From Lama glama (taxonomy: Eukaryota): DNA of 64,000 bases. The stretch spans positions 100,628,001 through 100,692,000 of the forward strand of contig CM052817.1 of NCBI GenBank assembly GCA_028534125.1. Direction: 5' to 3'. The position numbers and the translations under genes were made by a program. Within the stretch, counting starts at the first letter, position 1. The number at the start of each line of letters is the position of its first letter. The notes beneath the pieces were generated by a model, which saw nothing but the letters and a program-made list of their open reading frames with translations, was not told where the DNA came from and did not search any database. This document shows, one piece after another, positions 11,690 through 23,674 of this stretch.

Positions 11690-12150
11690 AAAAGTTCGTA
11701 AGTTCATACCCTCTGACCCAGTAACTCCACTTCTGGCAATCTATCCTAAGGAAGTAATCCTAAAACAGAAAAAAAATTATGCAGAGAATGCTCACTGCTG
11801 CTTTATTCACAAAAGCAAAAAATAAAAATAAACATAAATTCAAATAATCAAAACCCAAATGTTCAAGACAAAGAAACCCATGATATTAAATATATTTATG
11901 GTGCAATCCCTAAACATGATGTTCATTTAAAAAATCTGTGAATTAAAACATGGATGATTGTATTACACTACCCTAAGGGCAAAATGCAGGAAATTATATA
12001 ATCATAGCATGACTTTCAAGCTGTATAAGGACTAGATAGAAGACAACAATTCAAAATATACACTGCATTTGGGCAGTTGTACATAAGTGCTTTAATTTAT
12101 TTTTTACCATATTTCTCAAATTTTATATATCAAGCATGTTTACTTTAATG
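11690..12150 (+). mobile_element. Ancient L1 (L1ME-type) 3' fragment hosting the 50-nt exon
   Basis: cataccctctgacccagtaactccacttctggcaatctatcctaaggaa matches the L1 ORF2 '[12 protein letters not shown]' region; then gaatgctcactgctgctttattcac and aacccaaatgttca. Confidence 0.8.
11710..11759 (-). other. FBXW7: 50-nt FBXW7 5'UTR exon (upstream exon of circFBXW7)
   Basis: ttttttctgttttag|GATTACTTCC...GGGTCAGAGG|gtatga. With the 570-nt exon it totals 620 nt, the length I recall for human circFBXW7. Confidence 0.9.
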
Positions 12151-12604
12151 TTTTTTAACATTGGCTCTAAAATTTGACTTGATATAGAATCTTCTCATAA
12201 CATTCATTCTTAAATTTCATCCTTTGCAGGTATCTATATGTACAGGTTTGAGGTACATTAAAAAAAAATGCCAACACACTACACAAGTTCATATAAAATT
12301 CCTTTTAAAAACATCTTTAACGTTTATAAGATATAAGAAATATAATAAATATAATGCCCTTTTTTAAATCATGCCCTAAGAGTAACTACATCATATCATA
12401 ATGATCTTATCCACTTCTCCACACCTTGCCACTAGATGATCTCCCCCCAGAGGTCTACAGTTCTCACTGCAAGCTCTAAGGTGAGGTCAGTAAGTCCTAA
12501 AGATAGTTTTAAAATAGCAGTATTTCATTTTCTTTTCTATAATCTATAATTTCTAAGAAATAAGCTGTACTGTGGGGGAAAATTCTTAAATTCTAATCAC
12601 ACTA

Positions 12605-13470
12605 GAAGTGTAAATGTAGAAAGAGAAGAGTTCTAAAGATGGACCCCTGAGGCACTCCAACATTCTAAAAGAAGAGGAGTATCCAGCAAAGATGACTCAG
12701 AAGGAAAATCAAGAATGAGTGGTATTCGTGCAGCCAAGCTAAGAAAGCATACCAAGGAGGAGAAAGTAAATAATGACAGCTACTGCTGTAACTCAGGTAG
12801 GATGAAGGCAAAAAAACTGACCACTAGATTCAGTAACCTGGATATCACCAGTAATGGGAGCAATTCTTGTTAGTAAAGTCTGATAAAAGTAGATTTAAGA
12901 GACTGGGATAAAGGGAATAGGGATGATGAGTATGGACAAGTCTGGAGTTTGATGCAAAAAGGAACAAAAGAAAGGGAGTGGTAACTGGTAGGGGAAACGG
13001 GGTCAAGAGAAGATTTTTGATTCTTTAAGACTGGAGAACTAGCAGCAGATCTGTAACTGACAAGAATAATCCAGCACAAAACAAAAGAAGTTTATAATGT
13101 AATCAAGAAAGAGAAGAGATGGTGAAGTGATATCCTTAAGTAATTAAAAAGGGATGACGAAAAAGCATTCTAAAGTAGAACTAGTTTTAGTTAGAAAAAT
13201 GGATACTTCATTTATGGTAATAGGTGGAAAAGCAAAGTGATATTATATAAATACTTTAAATTTACTTCTTTTCACCATATTTCTCAATGTGGGAACAATT
13301 CTAAGTAGGTGGGTTTTTATAGTGGTGGGAGTCTTTGGAAGTCCTCGACTCATTCCTTCAATTATTTCTTCCTTTGGTTTTTGTTTTTGTTTTTGTTTTG
13401 TAAAATAGAAGAAGCAAGGTTATCAGCTGAGAATGATGTTTGAAATTTGAAGAGAAAGGAATGAAATAAG
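12605..13470 (-). mobile_element. L2 LINE fragment
   Basis: gagaagag...ccctgaggcactccaacatt...ccagcaaag...aaactgaccactagattcagtaacctgga. Confidence 0.8.
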
Positions 13471-15479
13471 TCTTCTAGGGGAAGAGGAAGGAAACTTTCC
13501 TTGGTGCAAGAGATTCTGATGATCAAATGTAATCAATAAACTGCTATAATATATGCTTCATGTGGCTTTAAAAGTCTAGTGGTTCTTATGTACAACTCTG
13601 GCAAGCACAATATAAAATTTATCTTCAAGGCAAAAGGTAGAGTTTCTTAGAAAATGGAATATATATATCCATTGTTTTCAGAAGATAAACTACAGGAAAT
13701 AAAGATCATCAAAATCTTGCTAGCTAGTACATGTCAAAGACAAACTATGAAAACATCACAGGAAATCAATTTAAAAATAACATGCAAATTGCCCTTTGTG
13801 TGCCCAACCTAACAGGCATATTTTTGTAAGAATGAAACGGGTTCAATGACATATTAAGAGCAGCTTACAAAATGAAAAGACGAGAGAACAAAGGTCATAA
13901 ATCACAGAGAATGGGTGTTAAGAAGGAAGGAGACTGTTGGTAAGCAGCCAGTCTACAAACAAACAAAGTTTATAACCAGCATTTCTAAATAGTACTGATA
14001 CTGGTTACCAATGAACACTTCCGTTAACCAATTATGAATAATAAATTCAAATCATTATCATTGTGTAATGTTAGTGTTATATTGAGGGGAACACAGAAGA
14101 AATGTCTTAAGTCAATAAAGATAACTGACTCATATTTACAACGTGGCGTGTAAATAGCTTTCAGAGTAATACAGATTCTTATAGACAGACCTGGTCAAAA
14201 GTGATTAAATACAAGTAGAAGAATCAGATTTAAAGCACAGCCAATATAAAAAATACAATGACACAGCTAAAAGTCAGATTATAGGAAATCCAGATTATTT
14301 GAAGAGGCTGAAAATACCTACTGACAGACTTACATAAAAATTTTTCCAAGTAGCATATTTTATTGAGTTGGATTTCTCTGACCGATTTCAGGAATGGAAT
14401 ATGATAATATATAGAAACTAAGAGAAAAAAAATTCATTTTCTGTTGGTATTAAATTTAAACAAAAATAGTATTTTTAGAAAATAAGTTTTCTAATAATAA
14501 TCTAAATAAGCTAATGACCTAATTAAATTAATAAATATTTATCTAGTAATTAATAGGAAATCAGAATCAACTACTAAATACCTTTAAGGGAGGAAAAACT
14601 CTTTAAAAAATAGCTTATAAAGTCCCAGATTAAAAAAAATCAAGCACCCATAATCTAAAACTTGAAAATGCCATACAGGAGAAGTTAATAAATGAGGTAT
14701 TAATAAAAGCACAATTTTGCTTTTTATAATCCTAATTTTAAACTTTTTAAGAGAAAACTTTTTGCATGATTTAGGACACTGTCATACGAAAATCAAACAT
14801 AAACAAGCAGAAGCCTATATCCTTTAAAAAACTATGTAAAATTTGAGGGGTCTCTTTTATTTCTTCTTACCAGTATATAATGTCAAACTATATCAGATAC
14901 ACGACTTACGTTTTTATCAATAACCAGTGAAATGGAACTTGAAATCAGTAAAACAAAATCTGATGGCTAATATATTTTGACATTAAATTCTATGATTTCC
15001 TGACAACTGGGCATGATGAGAATGAAAATGATTTAAAGTTCAGGAATAATACTGATAAAAGAAAACCAAAGAAATTTTAAATTGAAAATGTTCCTCACTT
15101 CACAGATCAAGCAATCTTGGTTCAAAGAGATTAACTATTCCTCAAGCTTGCTGGCTTCAAGCTAGCTTAGAGCAAAGCAGGGACCAGAAATTGACACTCA
15201 ACTGAGATTTCTTTCATGTGCCTCAATCTACATAACTGCATATGATAAAGTCCTAAAAGAATACTATTCTCTAACATTGCTATTGCCTTCTTTTCCAAAA
15301 CCAGAATCACTACAGCCCTCAAAGATTATTACTCTAAAACAAATACTCACTGGGCACTCAATATGCTTCAGGCACATATTAATTTCCTAGAGGATAATGT
15401 TTAGGAATGCTTCTTTACAAGTTAATGACTCTTAACCTGACCAGAACCCACAGTAAAATCAGATTTTACATTACAACTC

Positions 15480-15480
<1 letters not shown>

Positions 15481-15510
<30 letters not shown>
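15481..15510. repeat. (TG)n(TA)n microsatellite
   Basis: Seen directly. Confidence 0.9.
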
Positions 15511-15789
15511 GCAAACCTAAAGCAATGGTTTCAGAGAGAGGGAATAATGAAATGTTTCAGACGCCTAAAGTCTCCCTAAATCACTCCTCTTAATTAAACA
15601 CCATCCCTTTCATTGTTCTCAGTCTAAGAGTGTTCTAGAAGAGCCTCCCTCATCACCTGGAGTTCCCTTCTGGCCACACCACGTAATAATTCTCCAGCTT
15701 CACAGTATGAACTCTCCAGATGTCAAATTAATAATTTATTAATCACTATGTTCAAACTGATTAAAAGTAAGTATCTGGAATACACACTT

Positions 15790-16383
15790 TAGTCATATCA
15801 TATCACTCTGCTATTCAAAATCCACCAGGAGCTTCCCATCTTCACTCCAAATAAAAGTCAATTTTTCCAATGGCTGTCTGTTAGGCCCTGCATAATCTAC
15901 GCAAATCCCACCACTCTGAGCTCCTATTATACTGTTCTCCCTTTTTCACATTGCTCCACCCTTTCTGTCCTTGTTCTTTCTTGAAGAGGAAACTATACTG
16001 CTACCTCAGAGACTCTGCGCTGGGCACACCCTGTGCTGGATGCTCTCCCTCATGTATCTGCATGGTTCTTCCCACATTTCCTTCAGGAATATTCAAACAT
16101 CCTCCAAATGACACTTTCCCTAATAATCCTACTGAAAACAATCACTCCCTTGCATCTCATTACTCCCTTCCTCCATTGGACTCCTCTACAGCACTGAGAG
16201 TGTCTGTTACATAATGAGTGCCTATCTGCCCATCCATCCGTTTCTTCATGTGTTATCTGCCTCTTCCCACTAGAGTTTAAGTTCATAAGGAAAGAGATTT
16301 TCCTTTTTCACCACTATCTTTGGCACCTACAAAAATGCTCGGTTCAAGAGGTCCTCAAAACACTTATTTAGTGAGTAAATAAT
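15790..16383 (+). mobile_element. L2 LINE 3' end
   Basis: tcactctgctattcaaaatcc...tctcttcccactagagtttaagttcataagg...ggcaccta...gagtaaat. Confidence 0.8.
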
Positions 16384-17099
16384 CATCCAGTCTTTTAAAG
16401 CTGGTCTTGTGCTGAGCATACTTTCCTCACCAAAGAAGAGCTATAAACCAGATCACAAAAACAGTATCAATTATTTTAAACCCATTTTTTTAAGTTGTGG
16501 TCTGTACTGAACAAGTCCCTTGTAAGACTCCTGAAACTGATAGGGTATAAATCTAGTATCTTAACATTTATTTATAAATTATATTCTAAGTCATAAAAAT
16601 AATTTTTCCCTTTATCAAGTTTCTTGTTATTTTTAGCACATGCTATGAAAGATGTGACTAAGAAGATTAATACTTCAAAAGCATATTATCTGTTGAGTAA
16701 TTCTAGTGCCACATCCCCTATACTGCAGCAAACTGGGAAATCCTATGCAGAGCTTAAGGTGAAAATCTTTCAGGGGCTGCAAAATTGGCTGAACAGATCC
16801 CTAGTAATGCAGATAAACAAAAATCCACACAAAATGAACAACATGGGGAGCATCACACAAGTGTTCACACAAGCAGCAAGTATTCATTAAGTTTTGGTTC
16901 TGAACTGAATATTTTAAATCCGCATGCCTCATCAATCCTGTATATTTTTACCAGAAAGGATGCAAAACACTGTTTCTCAGTCCACCTGACAATATGTATT
17001 TTTTATGTTATTAAATATATATTTTTGTTTTGACCAAATTTAATTCCTTGTTGCCATTCAACTCCACTGCCTTTGCCATCTCAGTTTACTTCCATTATA

Positions 17100-17560
17100 A
17101 CTAAATTTTAAACTGGTTGCTAAATCCCACTGGATCTTTTACTATTTTTGTAGCTTTTAACATTATTGAACAAGCATTCCTCGCTTCTTTACAACTCTCA
17201 CCTCACTTGGTTTCCCCTGGTATCACCCCTTTTCTTGGTATTGTCCCTCAGGCAGCACTGTTGTTCTCCACTGCCAGCTCCTGCCTTCTCTGCAGTTTCT
17301 TTGAAACCTCAGGTTTTAATTATCACACAGACGCTAATGACAACCAATTCTAGCATCTCCAGCCAAACTCCTCCAATGAGCCTATTAGTTTTACCAAGGT
17401 AGCCTACAGTTACCCCAAATTCATTATTTTAAAACCCAACTCCTGTCTTCTCCCTCTCTCTCACACACATATATGCCCACATTGTTCACAGGTCCTCTTA
17501 ACTATTTCTCTCTCAGTGAATGGAGCCATATCCTAGGCAGTTGCAGACTTAAGAAACGCA
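17100..17560 (+). mobile_element. L2 LINE fragment
   Basis: Pyrimidine-rich; gctaaatccc..., ttttaattatcac...gctaatgacaaccaa...atctccagcc. Confidence 0.6.
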
Positions 17561-18169
17561 GAGGGCTCTTCCTCTTCTACCTCCTTCTACTATCCCCTCC
17601 CCTCAGCAATTCAGTCCTAAAGCCCTTAAGTGGAGCCAAGCAAGTGAGATACGTGAGTGGGAGGCAGGATGGCAGTCCAGCAGAGGGTGGTCAGTGCAGC
17701 AGAATGAGGAGGGCCTCCAGTACGTGAGGGACTGTGGGAGGAAGGAGCCTGACTATGAGAACAGTGACAAGGGATCCGCACTGTGAAGCCCAGCAGGTAA
17801 AGGCAGGGCAGAATGAGAACTTCTCTTTCGGTAGGGGTGCCAAATGGGAGCAGAGTAAGAAAGGTGTCTGCACCGCAGGATGGTGTTGGAGCCCAGTGGG
17901 ATGTGGAGGGTGTGGTGGTCACAGTGAGAACTTGCTCAGATATCTGAACCTGCTATGACGAGCAGAGCTGCCAGACCACCTCCAGCAGCCTCACCCGGAA
18001 ATCCACCACGGCGGTCACACCAGCCGTGCCTCCTCAGGCTCCATCCAGCAAACGACTGAGCTTGGTGGGAATGCTCTGACAGCCAGCTCTGGATGGGGGG
18101 CTCCCTGAACCTCAAAACTTGTCTTGACATCTGTTTCTCTGGGGACCTGAACTAACACTGAAGGCATCC

Positions 18170-19995
18170 ATGGACTGGTGTCAAACACACTTGGGATGAA
18201 ATAAAAATGTTCTGAAAAACACTGCAAAATGGTTAACTTCACTGAACAAAGGTCATTTCATTCTGGAATACTTAAAGAATATCTCCCACTACATAAAGAA
18301 ATCCAGTGGCTCAGCAGAGGAAAAGTTCTCAACAGGGTATTTGAGCTGAAAGGGGTCCTTTTAAGACAACAGAAGAAACATCTTGTTGAATACTTTGAAG
18401 ATGAAGAATGGCTGCAGAAACTAGCCAATTTAACACTCTCCAGTCTCCGTAAGGTACGAAGAAAATGCTTTTGACTTCAAGGAAGAAGATTCTTGGATTT
18501 AAAAGGAAAATACACTTTTGGAAAACATCATGTTACAAAAAAAGAAATGTTGAAATGTTTCCACTGCTGCTCGGGCATGAGTGCAGAAGACAGCAGCAAG
18601 TTTCAAGTCTTATTGGAAACCACCTGGAGAAGCTGCAGAACAAAACCAAACTGATTTTCCTTCCCTTTCAACACATGTGTATCACTGGGCAGGAACTCTT
18701 CCTCTTAATCTTCTGACTGTGGGAAGGTGACTTAAGAAAACAAGGAAGAACCTGTAGTCTTATACATTCAAGATGAGTTTCATTGATCTGCCCGGACAAG
18801 CTCTGGACTTCTGTGAAGAAAAGAATATTCTGCTATTTACAAAAAGCAATGAACATTATGCTGCAGTTTCCAACTTCTCACACATCTGAACAATCTTCTT
18901 CTATGAACATCAAGAGTAGACTAAGAAATGGTCTCATTTCAGTTGAAAAGGAAATTTGCATGTACTGGCTTATCTCGTGTTTGACCTTGAATTAATATTT
19001 CTGATGCAAAAAACAAGACAAATGTACTTTTTACATTAAAAATGTAAATTAAAGAGGTAAACTCACAGTAAAGAGGAAAATATAATTTCTATTTTTAAGA
19101 TTCAAAACAAATGCTTTTATGCACATTTGAGCATATAAAAGCAGTAATTTTCTAACTGCTAGGACTAGATTTGAGCCTGATCATGTCACTGAATAAGGAA
19201 CTGTTTTTTCAAAGTCTTAAATAAATTGTGTCTTAGGCAATATTTTTATATTCATATTGCTTTGGCTTATGGTTTTAGTTGCTTTACTATTCAACAATGT
19301 CAATAAATTTTCATGTTGTAAATAACATTAATTAAAATCAATTTACAACCTTCATTTAAATTAAATGTGCTGAGCCTACATTAAGAAAAATTAAGTCCCA
19401 TTTTGGTTTAAGCTAGTTATATGAGATTTATTATGTTTCTTAAGAGTTGGCAAAATTTATGAAATGGTAAAAGAGATTAATTTCAAGGAAAGTAAGCTAA
19501 GCTTAATTATCAAGGGGTTACATTTTCCCCCAAGAAAAGCTGGCTAAAAAGGTATTTTTAGTTTTAAATACTGGGGGAGGGGAACTACTCTTGCACACAC
19601 TGTATCTCATTCGGAGCTCAAACAGTAAAAATCTGTGGTAAGGCCTATTTAGACAAGGTAAAAAAGGTAAAGTAGTAAAGTTAAAAAAAAAAAAAGAAAA
19701 AACTGGAGTTTCCTCAATCTGCTCTATTAACTTGTATTGCAGCGGATACCCTCTGTGGGAAGGGGGGACCACAGAAAAAGAAGAGGCTAATAAATTTGCC
19801 AATATAAACATATCCACAGAAAAAGGGCATTCTGTATTCAAAAAAGCACTGAAATTATCAACGAATCATATCTACAATTTACCGATCAAGCTAATGTACT
19901 ATGAGCTGCAGATACAACAATTTTTACGTGGAGGTTCCCAAGATCAGAAAACTATTTGAAGTGTTTCCCCAGTGTAAGAAGACTGAGAAAACCTG
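18170..19995 (+). mobile_element. Degenerate hAT (Charlie/Buster family) DNA transposon with frameshifted transposase 3' part
   Basis: Three consecutive ORF pieces: HKEIQWLSRGKVLNRVFELK...FEDEEWLQKLA, KILGFKRKIHFWK...EMFPLL, and KAMNIMLQFPTSHTSEQ...IKSRLRN (hAT C-terminal region). Charlie-like terminus near 19930-19995 (ggttcccaaga...gactgagaaaacctg). Confidence 0.88.
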
Positions 19996-20530
19996 AAAGT
20001 GAGCATCAGTAATGGGACAAACTGAAATCATGTTTTCCTAATAAGAAGCAATGAGAGTGACACAGCATAACTTCTGTGATGTTCCTGTCAACAATGCATA
20101 ACCTGCATCCACTAACGAGGAAACACGAAACAAACCCAAATGAAGGGTCCCTGTTCAAAACAACTGACCTGTAATCTGCAAAAGTATTATAGGAATGAAA
20201 ATAAGCAAAAGATCAAGGGACTGTTCCAGATACATGATAACTAAATGCAACCCATTATTCTGAATGGAATCTTATCCTTATATGAGATACTAATTGAACA
20301 ACTGGTGAAACTCAAATGGGGTCTGAGGAATAGACAATCTAATATACCAATGCTAATGTCTTGATTGTAATGGTTATATTGTGATTATGCAGAAGAATGT
20401 CCTTGTTTATAAAAAAAACGGATATTCAAGTGTTTGGGGGTGACGGTGCACCATTTTGGCAACTTATCAAATGGTTCTGGGGTAAAATAAGTTCTTAGTA
20501 CTGTACCTGGAACTTTTCTGAAAGTTAACA
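19996..20530 (+). mobile_element. Old L1 (L1MC/MD) 3'UTR
   Basis: cagtaatgggacaaactgaaatcatg...ataactaaatgcaac...gttcttagtactgtac. Confidence 0.75.
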
Positions 20531-21439
20531 AAGTGGGGAAGGAGAAATCTGGATATCATTCTGGTTCCCATCATCCCAACCACCACCTTTGCCTGTCCCC
20601 ACATTCTTCTCACCCACTCTTATCATCACTAAGTCCTCCTACATCTACCTCCTAAGTAGCTCTACAATCAACCCCATTTTTCTAGTTCTGTTTAATAAGC
20701 ATGTATCATCTGTCTCTTGCCCAAGCTATCTGAATAACACCCCTAGTAATTTCCCTATCTTTTGTCTCCCACCCCACCCCATCTACCCTCTGTGCTGCTG
20801 CCAGAAAGTGAAATGTCAACACCTCAGTGGCAGTTTCTGAACTTTTTACATGCTAAACCCTTTGCTCAAAAGAGGGCAAAATATTAAACAGGTGAAGAGA
20901 GAACTTGTGAGAGAAGGGGCGGGGGGATAGTGTGCAAAGACAGAATTAGCAACACAAGAGTGATTCTGCAAAACTTACAAATACTACTCTGGAGGATAAA
21001 TCTAAACCCCTAAGCACAGTGCACAAGATGTTCCTAAATTGATCTCACCTCTATCTATCTTCAATACATCTTGGTTTGTCTTTATACTGTTTTCTCATAG
21101 ACTGTAAACTAAAAACCTTGGTGATTACAGATTTTTAAAATATAAAAATGGAAGTGTCCATCTTAAGCTGTCACCAGGTATTTCTATTTCTTTGTAGTAG
21201 TCCAAGAATGAAGTTCCACTGAAAAAAAATTCTATTGAGCTAACAGATCCTTCCTACAAGTCTTTTAGGTGGAGCGGTGCTGTCATCATGGCTCAGAGCA
21301 GGGGGGGTGTCGGCTCTGGATATGAAAGCTGAAATCTGGATGAGAAAGGTAAATGATAACAGAATTCAGTCATGGAGTAATTCGGTCATTTACCATTCAA
21401 ATACTGAGTGGAAAAAACAGGTGAATGACAAATAGTTGA

Positions 21440-22165
21440 GTAAAGAAGATATAAAAGGGTTGATAAACATATGAAAAGGTGCTCAATAACATTAGCCATC
21501 AAGGAAATGTAAATTAAAACCACAATTTCCCATCACAAGAATTACAACCACCACCAAATGGTGAAAATTGGAAACAACTGAAAACTCTCATACACGGCTA
21601 CTGGCCACTGCAGTAAACCATTTGGCAGTTTCTCATAAAAACACACACTCTATGAGCTAGCCACATACACTCTCAGGTACTTACCCAAGAGAAATGTCTA
21701 CAAATAGGTTTGTACAAGAATGCTTATAAAAGCAGCTTTATTCAGAATAGCCAAAACTGAAAACAACCCAAATATTCATCAAGAGAAGAATGGATAAATT
21801 GAGATGTATTCATACAATGGAATAGTACACAGAAATAAAAAAGAATGCACTTCTGATGTATGCAACAACAAAGATGTCATAAACAGAACGTTAAATAAAG
21901 GAGGCCAGACACAAAAAAGCAACATTATATGATTCTACTTACATGATGTTTACAAATACACAAAACTAATCTACAGTGATAGTAATCAGAAAAGTAGTAG
22001 TTGCCTAAGTGTGGACTGAATGGGATGGAGTGTGAGAGAAATGTGGGGAGTGATAGAAATTCTGTATCTTGACTGAGGTGTGTTGGTTATGGTTATATAA
22101 ACATACGTTTGTCATAATTCATCTGTGCATTTCACTTTATATAAAAGCACCTCAATTAAAAATGT
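21440..22165 (+). mobile_element. Old L1 3' fragment
   Basis: aaacatatgaaaaggtgctcaa...aacaacccaaatattcatc...cacctcaattaaaa. Confidence 0.85.
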
Positions 22166-22798
22166 GTAATTAATTGAAGACAATGCAAACACTTCTCTTC
22201 CTTCCTTGACTCTCCCACTGTTAGGTGCTGAAGAAGGTTTAGGTCTTCTTTGCTCTGGGCCTAGAACTGGGACTTCCCTACACCCATACCAGATACTATC
22301 ACATCAGAGCGCCAAGACAAAGGCCAGAATACTGATTTTCCCACTCCAACAGGCAAGGAGGCAGCTTCCCCAGGGCCCACAACTCCTGGCACTGAAGAGT
22401 CAGCAGCACACTGTTCACTGTGAACTGTGCTGTAGGGAGACTTTGGAATGAAGAATATAATAGGGTCACATGAACAACTGGACTTGAAGGAACAACATCT
22501 GAAGCCACTACACAAAGAGCTGGTGATCACAGGACCAAAGAAAACCAGAATCTGCTAAATTTCAGAAATAACTCAGCATCTTTAAGGAAAGCCTCAACAC
22601 CATCACAATGAGCAAGTAGTGACTCAAATTCTTTAGCTCTGGCCTCTCTGCTGCCTCACTATTATTTTACAAATCTAGTGACTCTGTTTTTTAAATAGTG
22701 TTCACAAACTAGTGAGCATAACTTTAGGTTGGCAACTATTGTAGAGCACAAGGGGAGAAAATGTTCTCTTGTTATTTACTTTTTAAATTTAGGAATCC

Positions 22799-23190
22799 TA
22801 ATGAAAAGATGCTCAACATCACTGATTGTTAGAGAAATGCAAACTAAAACTACAATGAGGTATCGCCTTACGCCAGGCAGAATAGCCATTATTAAAAAGT
22901 CACAAATGATAAATGCTGGAGAGGGTGTGGAGAAAAGGGAACCCTCCTACACTGTTGGGAATGTAAAGTGGTGCAGCCACTATGGAGGACAGTATGGAGA
23001 TTCCTCAAAAAACTAAAAACAGACTTATCATATGACCCAGCAATCCCACTCCTGGGCATATACCCAGAGAAAAACATAATTCAAAAAGACACATGCACCC
23101 CAATGTTCATATTAGCACTATTTATAATAGCCAAGACATGGAAACAACCCAAATGTCCATCAACAGATGACTGGATAAAGAACATGTGGT

Positions 23191-23261
<71 letters not shown>

Positions 23262-23674
23262 GGAATACTACTCAGCCATAAAAAAGAAAATAATGCCATC
23301 TGCAGCAACATGGATGAACCTGGAGATCATCATTCTAAGTGAAGTAAGTGAGAAAGAGAAAGAAAAACACCATATGATATCGATCATATGTGGAATCTTG
23401 AAAAAAAAAAAGCCAGAAAGAACTTATCTACAAAACAGAAACAAACTCACAGACATAGAGAACAAACTTATGGTTACCAGTAAGTAAAGAAGGTGGGAAG
23501 GGATAAACTGAGAATTCGAAAATTGCACCCCTTGGGGAGTGATGGAAATGTTAGCTATCTTGATTGTGCTGGTGATTTCATTGGTGTATACATCTATCAA
23601 AATTCATCAAATTGTACATCTGAAGTATGTGTGGTTTGCTGTACAGGAATCATATCACAATATAGGTGTTAAAA
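22799..23674 (+). mobile_element. Relatively young 5'-truncated L1 with perfect 15-bp TSD and internal (CA)n
   Basis: ORF2 C-terminal peptide [50 protein letters not shown] at 22784-22798 and 23675-23689. Confidence 0.93.
23193..23259. repeat. Perfect (AC)n microsatellite, about 33 units
   Basis: Seen directly. Confidence 0.97.

Noticed and set aside
10467..11759. Rolling-circle endless ORF
   Set aside because: 620 is not divisible by 3 and the ORF terminates at TGA 11032-11030.
7370..14080. QKI-type ACUAAY motifs on both sides of the circularising exons
   Set aside because: The few hits seen are about what chance gives in AT-rich DNA.
18229..18995. Possible domesticated ZBED5/FAM200-like gene
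   Set aside because: Multiple frameshifts and deletions, and the N-terminal part is missing; a fossil transposase.
22729..23487. ORF cluster including a 124-aa ORF with HTHT repeats
   Set aside because: Frameshifted L1 ORF2 C-terminus plus a microsatellite; not a gene.
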